A stretch of 64,000 nt of DNA from Octopus vulgaris (taxonomy: Eukaryota): contig OX597823.1 in the NCBI GenBank assembly GCA_951406725.2, positions 60,078,001 through 60,142,000 of the forward strand, written 5' to 3'. The notes below the pieces were generated by a model, which had not been told where the DNA came from, did not search any database, and saw nothing but the letters and a program-made list of their open reading frames with translations. Positions 53,917-64,000 of the stretch are shown piece after piece (position 1 is the first letter of the stretch; each line of letters begins with the position of its first letter). The translations under genes and the position numbers were made by a program.

Positions 53917-54469
53917 ATCATTAAAGGCATGTAAATTGCTGTGATCCTTTAGACAGTAACAGAAGAGGAGATAGCAGCATTCTATGTGTGTATTTTCTAT
54001 ATATATATATTTTAATACACACACACACACATGTATGTATGTTTGTATTAGTCCAAGGCCAAATAAAGCCATGTGAGTGGATTAGGTAGGGAGAAACTGA
54101 AAGAAGCCCCTTATATATAAATAGATATGCATGTATGTATACATGTATATATATGATGGGCTTCTTTCAGTTTCTTTCTTTCTAATTCACTCACATGGCT
54201 TTAGTTAGCCTTGTGCTATAGTAGAGACACTTGCCCAAGGTACCATGCAGTGGAACTGGAACTAGAACCATATTGTTTGAAAGCAAGCTTCTTACCACAG
54301 CCACACCTGCACTAACGATATGATAATTAATCACATAAAAAAATTGCTCAAGGTTTGTTATACATTTTTAACATCTTTTTTTGTAGAAATTGAATAATTT
54401 CATTATTACCATATTTGTTATAACTTTGAGAATCTTTCCAGTGAAAAATTATCATTTGCTTTATCTAAA

Positions 54470-54790
54470 AATTGGATAGAATCAGCAAAAAAATATTTAG
54501 TTGTAAAAACTCATATGACACTTACATGTCATCTTCTACAGCACCATACTCTTCCATCTCCAAGAAATCCTCTTTAGATATTTCTTCACCGTGTGATTCA
54601 ACTAATTCTTTTCCCTTTATCTCATTAAATCAAATCTGGTGTGCCAACCCCACCAACAACATCTAGTAAATTTTTTTTTATTAACTCCTCAAAACCTAAA
54701 TCTTACTCCAGACACAATTTATTGTGGTTATTTTCACTTCTTATCATATTACAGTCAAATACTCCAAAATTCCTTTATAGTAACTTTTGT
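54470..54790 (-). mobile_element. Tigger/pogo-like transposase C-terminal remnant
   Basis: Minus-strand pieces EVKITTINCVWSK, GFEE and ELVESHGEEISKEDFLEMEE resemble the Tigger1-type ELL.SH..ELT.EDL.E motif. Confidence 0.6.
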
Positions 54791-55204
54791 TTCATGTTGT
54801 CTGAGAATGGACTGGACCACTACATATAAATAGTAGCAGTTTGACTAAGTGAGGTAATTTGTGCTAGTTCCACAGTTCGTGTGTTGATAGTTCAAAGTTT
54901 ACAGTTTGAATTAGTGTGTTGGCTCTTTCAAGATTGTTGTTACATTCCATGTGGTCACTGCCGTTTGTTTTGATTATATTGCTATTACACTGTTGCAGTG
55001 TATTCGTTTATCCATAAAGAAGTAACAGTTTCACATTATAAGAATTTAATTACTTAAAGGTAGGCTATTAATTGCAGTTTAGTGGTCCCTAAACATTGTT
55101 GACCTACAGAATGGTTTCATACAAAACAATTTTTCAACAGACCAAGAGATCATGCACAAATGCATAATATGTAACTTTATTAATATATATATAATATCCA
55201 TGAT

Positions 55205-55508
55205 GGCACATGTTTCAGTGGTTACAGCACCATGAGATAGTGTGTTGTGTTCTTGAGCAAGACACTTTATTTCATGAAGCTCCAGTTCACTAAGTTGTAA
55301 GAAATGAGGTGTGACGTCACTGGTGCCAAGCTGTATCGGCCCCTTAGCCTTTCCCGTGGATAACATTGGTGGCATAGAGAGGGAGACGCTGGTATGTATG
55401 GATGACTGCTGGTCTTCCATAAACAACCTTGCCCAGCCTTGTACCTTGGAGGGGGACTTTCTAGGTGCAATTCCATGATCATTCATGACTGGAGGTGGGG
55501 GTCTTTAT
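55205..55508 (+). mobile_element. SINE family C variant
   Basis: ttcttgagcaagacactttatttca core plus a 3' part shared with 15806-15987 and 61783-61940. Confidence 0.78.
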
Positions 55509-55529
55509 CCATTATATAATTTCCATCTA

Positions 55530-56660
55530 ATGCTTACCACCACCCTGTTTGGCCTTTTTTCACCGTCATGCTGAAACTTACATTTAGAACATCAAATGAT
55601 GGTATCTACCTCCACACCAGATCTGATGTACTCACCATGTGCTCATCAGAGAAATGGACGACACAGCATTGACAGTGCACTCTTAGGGGCAAATGCTGTA
55701 CCTCATGGACAAACTTTCAAAGAGCCTGCCAGGAATTCAGCCTGCCTATCGGTTTGAAGAAGACCGATGTACTGAGCCAAGGTATCAAGCACTGCTGTCC
55801 ACCACCACCACCACCGTCACCCTCAACAACTTCAAGCTGGAGGTAGTTCATGAATTCTCTTACCTCAGATCCACCATCTCTGATGACCTCTCCATGGACC
55901 CTGAGATCAGCAGGTGAATTGGACAAACATCTTCTACATTTGATAAGTTCACAAAGAGAAAACAGAAAACTGGCCTCAAACTCCAAGATTGCTGTCTATA
56001 AGGGATGAGTCCTCAGCACACTACTTTATGGCAGTGAGACACGGAGCCTCTAGTCCAGACAAGAGCAGCATCTCAAAGTTTTCCACCTTCATAATCTGAG
56101 ATGCATTTTGGATATCAAATGGACTGACCAAGTCATCAACTCCAAAGTCCTCAACTGTGCCAAGATACCAGTATGTTCACCCTGCTCCAGCAGTACCATC
56201 TGTACTGGCTCGGTCAGGAATATCATATGCTGGATGAGAGGATTCCAAAAGACCTCCTGTATGGGGAATTGACCACCATCAAAAGAGCACAAGGATGATC
56301 TCATATTCATTTCAAGGATGTCTGCAAGAGAGATATGAAGTCAATAGATCTGGATGTCCTGAGATGGGAGTAGGTCACAAATGTTTGCCCACACTGGAGA
56401 CAAATATTGCAAAAGGGAATGAGGCAAAGGGAAGAGAAGCTGGAAGTTGCCAGCAAAGAAAAGCACACTCAACGAAAGGAAAAACCAGTAGCACCAATGG
56501 AGGGCTTCACCAAATGCAGTCACTGTGTACATGACTTCCACTGCTGTGTGATCCTGTGCAGTAACAGCAGATGCTGCATCTCTATCTACGGCTGATACAA
56601 ATTCTCCAGCACAGATATATTATCTCCCAAGATCGATGGATCCCCACCAATACCACTACC
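55530..56660 (+). mobile_element. 5'-truncated decayed RTE-clade LINE (RT C-terminal half and 3' end)
   Basis: TLFG, DGIYLHTRSD, LEVVHEFSYLRSTISDDLSMDPEISR, VLSTLLYGSET, FHLHNLRCILDIKW, IPKDLLYGEL, FKDVCKRDMK. Confidence 0.92.
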
Positions 56661-56889
56661 ACCGCTAGAACACAATGCATGTTTATCCTTTATCTTCTAC
56701 CTGTTTCCACCCTTTGGACTGTGACCAAGCCGGAGCACTGTCTTGAAGGGTTTTAATTGAACAAATTGATCCTGGTATTTATTCAGTCCCTTTTGATGAA
56801 CAACTAAACTATGAGAATGTAAAGAAATCAACACCAGTTGTCAAGTTTTGGTAGAGAACAAACAGAAACACATAGACGCACACACATAG

Positions 56890-56923
<34 letters not shown>

Positions 56924-56924
56924 T

Positions 56925-57130
56925 TTATTTAAAGCAGCAGAAAATTCTACAAAACCTGTTACTCTGAGTTTCGCGTTGCCTTTCAAAAACTGTCTGATGA
57001 ATGGCAACGCGAAACTCAGAGTAACAGGTTTTGTAGAATTTTCTGCTGCTTTAAATAAGCATATTACTCTACCACTGGTATTTGAGTACTCTTTTTTCCA
57101 CCTTGTTTCACATTTATGTGTTTACTCCGG
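56925..57130 (+). mobile_element. Palindrome (56925-57058) with hammerhead and 3' extension, in (TA)n
   Basis: About 56-bp perfect arms ttatttaaagcagcagaaaattctacaaaacctgttactctgagtttcgcgttgcc and reverse complement. Confidence 0.85.
56986..57032 (+). ncRNA. Type I hammerhead ribozyme, canonical core
   Basis: aaaactgt CTGATGA atg-gcaa-cgc GAAA CTC-A-GAG TA acaggtttt: stem I 8 bp with one bulge, short GNRA-capped stem II, stem III ACTC/GAGT, GUA triplet. Confidence 0.7.
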
Positions 57131-57149
57131 TATATATATATATATATAT

Positions 57150-57330
57150 ATTTCTTTACTGCCCACAAGGGGCTAAACATAGAGGGGACAAACAAGGACA
57201 GATAAAGAGATTAAGTCGATTACATCGACTCCAGTGCGAAACTGGTACTTAATTTATCGACCCCGAAAGGATGAAAGGCAAAGTCGACCTCGGCGGACTT
57301 TGAACCCAGAACGTAACGGCAGACGAAATA
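57150..57330 (-). mobile_element. SINE family B, young 3' part
   Basis: Matches 53503-53687; CpGs retained. Confidence 0.88.
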
Positions 57331-57754
57331 TGCCAACAGGTGGTTTTTAAACCATTTAGCATATAGTCATAGTTGGCGATATGGCTGCCCTTGTTTGGTT
57401 TGCAACATTGGTAAGTCACAATGACGAAACAGCAATGGTTGTCACTCCAAGAAGGGACCAATGTGAGTTGTTTTACTTGACTATGACTTATTCTCAGGTG
57501 TTTTTTTTATACCTGATGCATAGAAAATATATTTTCTTTTGCCTAAAAACTGCAGCTGATCCATAAACTAACAACACACATACCTTGTGTATGTGTGTTT
57601 GATTTTGTTTATATATTTCAGTTTCAGTTGCCATCCACCAAATACACTCACAAAGCTTTGGTTTGCCTGGAGACCATAGTAGAAGACACTTGCCCAAAGC
57701 ACCATGCATTGGGACTCAACCCAGTATCGTGTTTACCATATTTTCAAGCATACA

Positions 57755-58166
57755 GGCGCAGGAGTGGCTGTGTGGTAAGTAGCTTGCTAACCAACCACAT
57801 GGTTCCGGGTTCAGTCCCACTGCATGGCATTTTGGGCAAGTGTCTTCTGCTATAGCCCTGGGCCGACCAATGCCTTGTGAGTGGATTTGGTAGGCGGAAA
57901 CTGAAAGAAGCCTGTCGTATATATGTATATATATATGTATGTGTGTTTGTGTGTCTGTGTTTTCCCCCTAGCATTGATTGACAACATATGCTGGTGTGTT
58001 TATGTCTCCGTTACTTAGCGGTTCGGCAAAAGAGGCCGATAGAATAAGTACTGGGCTTACAAAAAGAATAAGTCCCAGGGTCGAGTTGCTTGATTAAAGG
58101 CGGTGCTCCAGCATGGCCGCAGTCAAATGACTGAAACAAATAAAAGAGTAAAAAGAGTAAAAGAGT
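57755..58166 (+). mobile_element. SINE family A, full length (tRNA-like head, CORE-like ttgggcaagtg, internal TA/TG, GTAAAAGA tail)
   Basis: A-box-like gtggctgtgtggt, B-box-like ggttcagtccc; more than 12 copies or fragments in the window. Confidence 0.92.
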
Positions 58167-58479
58167 ATACAATCAAACTTTACAGGCCAAAGTTTACAGC
58201 CAAAACAGTGCATCGATTTATGCACCAAGAAAACTTTGGTAGACCAAAAATTCTGTGTGAAATGCAGCAGGACTGAAAAGATAGTGACGATGTTTGAACG
58301 TTTACACTACATGTTTACACTATATACATCAAATTGTACACTGAAAATGCAATAGCCATCATTGAAACAGGGATAAATCAAGAAAAATATATTTAGAAGG
58401 TGAATATTGAAAGAACTTGCTGCAACAGATCATCAATCCATCCATCTACCTTAACTGCTCACTATTCCTGAAATGTTTA

Positions 58480-58720
58480 AGCATGTAGAGTCCTCAGGCA
58501 TTTCCTTGATAGGGTCCTAAGAGAAGTAGCCATCATTAGACTTTGTATCAGAATTTCCAAGCGCAACCGAGACTAAGGGATATTATCCAGTCATCTTGTT
58601 CTTGATCTACCCCTAGTTCCCCTGTCAGTTGGCTCAGCTTGAAAACTCTATCTTATGATTCTTTTCTGAGACATTCTAATCACATGTCCATTACTACCAG
58701 AACTGTGACCTCTCAATCAA
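58480..58720 (-). mobile_element. RTE-clade LINE C-terminal fragment
   Basis: Minus-strand IERSQ, GHVIRMSQKRIIR and RGTRGRSRTR*LDNI. Confidence 0.75.
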
Positions 58721-59451
58721 TAACAAAATCTCACTAGCTTATTAGCCACCCATTGCCTGGCAAGCTTTTTTGTTTTAAATTTGTATTCGTGTTATAACTT
58801 GTACACTCTGTACATTCATTTATTTATTTGTCAAAGTCCATCAAGACTTTCATTTAATTCTGTGTCTAAAAGGCCAACAGAAAAACAACTTATTGGAAAG
58901 CTGAAAAGGAAACATGTTACAATCAGAGCTTCAAAGAAAATAAAGTTACTTATGGGAATTTTAAGTGAATTAAGGATGATCAAATAGACCCCTACTTGGA
59001 AGAGCATTAATTTGTAACTGTTAAATACAATTTCATTTTGGTTTTACTATTTCCATTTTTTTGTTTTATATTTTCTGTATTGTCATACCTTAAAGAAGTT
59101 TGTGTCTCTGCTATGGAGATGGTAGACATATAAAGATTCTATCTTAGGTGACAATCGTAAAATAAACTTATCTTTATTAATCTTTATTCATCGGTGTTTT
59201 CTTTCCATCTGAGTTGAAAAATGTAACAGGTTACCAAAGAAAGAATGGAAACAAAAAAAAAAGAATCAGACAAAAATTCAGTATGAGAGACGACACACAG
59301 TTCACAATTTTTTTATTTTACAGTTTTCAGTCTTAGTTTGTTGCTTAGCAATGTTATGAAATGACGTTAAAGAAACAACATTGAGTACTTCACAGACACA
59401 CACACATGTACATGGCCATACACACACACACTTATGAATCTATGTATATAT

Positions 59452-59912
59452 ACATCGTCATCATTATCATTTAATGTCCATTTTCTATGCTGGCATGGGT
59501 GGAATGGTTTGACCAGAGCTGACAAGCAGGCGAGCTGCACTAGATTCCAGTCTGATTTACCCTGGTCTCTACAACTGGATGCACTTCCTTATGCCAACCA
59601 TTTTGCAAAGTGTTACAGGTGCTTTTTACATGGCACCAAATTGGGTGCCTTAACATGGCATGGGTGCTATTACATAGCATCATTGCAGGGCTCTTACAAG
59701 CCAATCCACCTCAGCAGGGGGGAGCAACATAAGCAATTCCACCATGGAGGACAGGCCTTCTTGAATACAGCAAGCACCAGACTTCTCAGTCCTTTGTCAT
59801 TTCTGTCATAAGGCTCAGCATTCTGAGACCGGCCTTCAGTACTTCATCCTGCATCTTCCTGGGCCTCCCTCTCCCACAAATTTCATTTACTTTGAGTGAT
59901 CAACCCTTCTTC
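59452..59912 (-). mobile_element. RTE C-terminus joined to the (GAT)n-tailed 3' region
   Basis: Minus strand CGRGRPRKMQDEVLKAGLRMLSLMTEMTK followed by the common catccagttgtaga...cccatgccagcatagaaaatggacattaaatgat tail. Confidence 0.7.
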
Positions 59913-59914
59913 AG

Positions 59915-59953
<39 letters not shown>

Positions 59954-59969
59954 CGTGCCCGCGTGCATG

Positions 59970-61017
59970 TGTGGACAAAATTTGGTGTTATCAAATACCA
60001 GGAGAAAGACAGTTTAGTCCCCAACAACATTCATGCTGACATGGTCATTACAATGTAGGATGATACTCCAGCTTTATCAACTTAGGATGGGAAGACAGAT
60101 CCTTGAAGATGATCCAAGGTTTGGATGTTCTGCAACTACCACTATTGAGGAAAACATTGATCATATTCACCATATGGTGATGGATGACAGGTGATTGAGT
60201 ATAAATCAAATAGCCTTTGCTATTAGCATATACCATGGGAGAATTGAGAATATTCTGCTCAATGAACTTGACATGATACATGCTTCTGCTCTGTGGGTGC
60301 CATGTCTTCTGACACCTGGTGAAAAAAGCACTAAGCTGATCAGATCTCAGGAAATTTTGACATTGTTTGAGGCTGAACTAGTTGGTTTCCTTGAATGTAT
60401 CCCAAGTCAGGATCAGTGTTGGATTCGTCACTTTGAGCCACAGACAAAGAGACAATCCATGATGTGGAACCTTCCTCGCTTTCTCCAAAGAAATGCCAAG
60501 ATCATTTCATCTACAGGGAAGGTGATGGCCTGTTTTTGCAAGTGCAAAGGGCATTGTCTTTACTGACCATCTTCAAAAGGCCCACACCATCAATGGACTA
60601 TATTATACCAAGTAATTGATGCAATTATGAAAGGCTATCAAGACCAATTGCCTAGGAAAACTGATGAAAGGGATCTTGTTTCATCAGGACAATACTCCAG
60701 TGAAGACGTCAGTTCCAATGGCTGCTGTGCATGATTGTGGCTTTGAACTCTTGGTTTTTACCCCCATCTGCCAATTATTTATTCCCCAACATCAAAAATA
60801 CTTGGCTGGGAACCAGTATTACAGTGAGGATTACGTCATATCTGCTTTTGATGATTTTCCTGACCAACAGGATGAAAGCTTCTTCAGCAATGGGATCCAA
60901 GTACTGCAACACCTATGAAAGGAGTGTGTGGACTGCACAGAGCACAATGTTGAAAAATAAACCTCATTTCGTTGCATTCTATGAGAGTGTTTCTGTCAGT
61001 CTATGAATTTTTCAGCT
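59970..61017 (+). mobile_element. Decayed mariner transposase remnant (second family)
   Basis: SLEDDPR, EENIDHIHHMVMDDR, WVPCLLT, WIRHFEPQTKRQSM, STGKVMA, ILFHQDN; TIR-like ctatgaatttttcagc at 61001-61016. Confidence 0.88.
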
Positions 61018-61782
61018 TTCAAAGCCTTATTGTCAGGGTGTAAAATGTTATTGGTGAGTATCTGCCTCAGTGTAATGGTGGGAAAATGTTTAAGAATTTT
61101 GTTATTTTGGTCAGTACATGAAAGTTGATTGTTTGATTCATGTTGTTAGTCACATGCTTAATTCTGTATAGCTCAAAATTAGGATGGATACTGACAAGAG
61201 GGACAACACACTCATGTCATAAGCAATGTATACACACACACACACACATATTTATACATACACACATACGCATAATATATAATTAAGATTCAGTTGAATT
61301 AGGTACTTAAATTGAAGCACCTTGTTAGTTCGGGATAATCTGCATGCCCCAAAAATATCATTTGAATATTGAATATCAAGACTCCATTCAGGTGTATTTG
61401 TACCTAATATTCCTGTCATGTGTGCAGACAATGCAACCCAGCTAAGTGAAGATATCCGCTCTTGGTAATTCAGGCATAGTTTTTATAAAGATACTTTCTA
61501 TAGTATTTCTGATTTGGAGATTCTGAGTTAGATGAACAAAATATAAGTAAGTAACAAAGATGTACAGGTGTCAATTCATTACATCCGTTTCAATTGGCTC
61601 CATTTAATTGATTAATGAAAACATTATTTCAATTTGAAAGAAACCATTCTCATCAGATGACAGCATAGACTTCAAGCATAAAGGATAAACAATTTTTTTA
61701 ACAAATTTACATCAATAATGGAAACCAAAATATTTATATATTTTGCTATAATTGTGGAAGAATGAGTTTATATATATAAGTG

Positions 61783-62075
61783 TAAAGGCCCTCTCAGGTC
61801 ATGAATGAGCATAGGATTGCACCTGGAAAGTTACCCTCTGAAGCACAAGTCTGGGTAAGGTTGTTTATGAAAGACCAGCACCTGCCCCTGCATACCAGCC
61901 TCCCCTCTCTAGCCACTGATGTTATCCAAGGGAAAAGCAACTAATTTCTACAGTTGAGTGAACTGAAGCAACATGAAATAAAGTGCCTCACGCAAGAACA
62001 CAACTCAAAGCCCAGTCTGGGAACTGTACTCACTACCTCATGATTGTGAGTCCAGCACTCTAACCAGCGAGCCAT
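61783..62075 (-). mobile_element. SINE family C variant, full length
   Basis: Reverse complement has head gcatggctcgctggttagagtgctggactcac and the 3' part of 55205-55508. Confidence 0.8.
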
Positions 62076-62357
62076 GCATATGAGAATATTTTTATAAACA
62101 AATATTAAAGTATCGAGTGGGTTGGTATTTTTAGAAATGAAGAAAATCTTCAACACAGAAAGTTGTGAAAAACAGCTTTAGAAAGTCAGGTAAAAATAAC
62201 CTTAGAGACAGAAGAAAGGGATCAGCAGCCATAAGCAAAGGGTCAAACTCTGTAGCTCTCAAACACTAACTGGGGGCTCTGTATCACTGAGCTAAATGAC
62301 CCCAAACACACATGCACATAAGCTCATGCACACATGTACACATGCACACACACACAT

Positions 62358-62403
<46 letters not shown>

Positions 62404-62760
62404 TTGTCATCATCATCATCATCATCATCGTTATCATGATCATCATTTTAACTTTCACTTTTCCATGTGTGCATAAATCAGATGGAATTTGTTGGGCAGA
62501 TTTTCAATGGTCTGATGGCTTTCCTTTAAAAAAAACCCTCATCCAATTCCAAGCAAGGCCAAGATTAACTTCAATGCATTGCACCTTCAACAATGGCTTT
62601 AACTGGCCATAACTTTGAAATTGCTGTCAATAATATTCTTGTTTAAGAATATATACATAAAGAGAAAAACAGCTAGTTTTAAATCTCTGAGCAAGGAATA
62701 TGTAGTAACAGTACTGATCAGTAAGGTCTATTTGCTAACGCAATGTGGCGATCCTACACA

Positions 62761-63181
62761 GTAGGAGTGGCTGTGTGGTAAGTAGCTTGTTTAACAACCG
62801 CAGGAGTGGCTGTGTGGTAAGTAGCTTGTTTACCAACCACATGGTTCCGGGTTCAGTCCCACTGCGTGGCACCTTGGGCAAGTGTCTTCTACTATAGCCT
62901 CGGGCCGACCAATGCCTTGTGAGTGGATTTGGTAGATGGAAACTGAAAGAAGCCCGTCGTATATATGTATATGCGTGTGTGTGTTTGTCCCCCTAGCATT
63001 GCTTGACAACCGATGCTGGTGTGTTTGTGTTCCCGTTACTTAGCGGTCGGCAAAAGAGACCGATAGAATAAGTACTGGGCTTACAAAAGAATAAGTCCCA
63101 GGGTCGAGTTGTTCGATTAAAAGGCGGTGCTCCAGCATGGCCGCAGTCAAATGACTGAAACAAGTAAAAGAGTAAAAGAGT
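62761..63181 (+). mobile_element. SINE family A, young full-length copy with duplicated 39-bp 5' end
   Basis: 62761-62799 repeats at 62800-62838; remainder colinear with 57755-58166. Confidence 0.92.
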
Positions 63182-63354
63182 ATGATGTTACTACATTTTA
63201 GCCCCCAGGAAAACATCTTTTATCAGCTGGAAAAGATGTTTTCATGGGGGTTAAAAAGTAGTTACATCGTCCTGTGTAGGACTGTCACATTGTGGTGGCA
63301 AATAGACTTTATAATATATACATATATATATATATTATATACATATATACATTT

Positions 63355-63503
63355 TGGCATTAGGAAGGGCATCTAGCTGTAGAAACCATGCCAAAACAGA
63401 CGGGGGCCCTGAACAGCCCTTCAGCTAGTTGGCTCCTGTCAAACCATCCAAGCTATGCCAACACGGAAAACGGACAAACTGAAGGATGATGATGATGATG
63501 ATG
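63355..63503 (+). mobile_element. (GAT)n-tailed retroposon 3' end
   Basis: tggcattaggaagggcatctagctgtagaaac...tgccaacacggaaaacggac...gatgatgatg. Confidence 0.78.
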
Positions 63504-63705
63504 AGATATATATATATACACACACACACACACATATATATGTGTGTGTGTATATATATGTATATATATATGTATGTATATTGATAGATACATATAGATA
63601 TAGATATATACATAAATATATATATACACACACATATATATATACTTACATATATATATATACATACACACACACACACATATATATATATACATACATA
63701 CATAG

Positions 63706-63749
<44 letters not shown>

Positions 63750-64000
63750 TGAAAAATATGAATTAATATACACATGTAATTCAATTCATAATGGAAAATG
63801 ATCTGGTAGATTTTCTAATTTCAAATTTTTTCGCATTTTCGCAACTTTTTTTCTTCTTGGGTTTTTGGATATATATATACATTTATTGTCTATATGATAT
63901 TCTTCAATGACAATGAGCATTAATACAGCTTCTTCATTTGTTCCAGCGTCCCGTTTCTGATTTCACTTCTTCCATCTCATGAAACCAAAAAAAAAAAAGG

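Overview
AT-rich, microsatellite-dense eukaryotic non-coding DNA (intronic or intergenic). The SINE families and extreme (TA)n/(CA)n/(GATA)n density suggest an octopod cephalopod genome; this is inference and was not searched. No intact host gene can be supported, and almost every supplied ORF is a translated microsatellite. The window is a mosaic of repeats: three tRNA-headed SINE families, a decayed full-length DD34D mariner, a second mariner remnant, a Tc1 deletion derivative, Tigger-, hAT- and piggyBac-type remnants or MITEs, a non-autonomous Helitron, and RTE and RLE-type LINE fragments. The main finding is a set of short repeats from at least 7 unrelated families, all next to simple repeats, each carrying a hand-foldable type I hammerhead ribozyme motif. 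These include canonical CUGAnGA cores and U3-A8 and U4C variants. Five are arranged as asymmetric inverted duplications typical of Penelope-like element termini, and one lies downstream of a tRNA-derived Pol III head. All folds and alignments were made by eye, so most boundaries are approximate.
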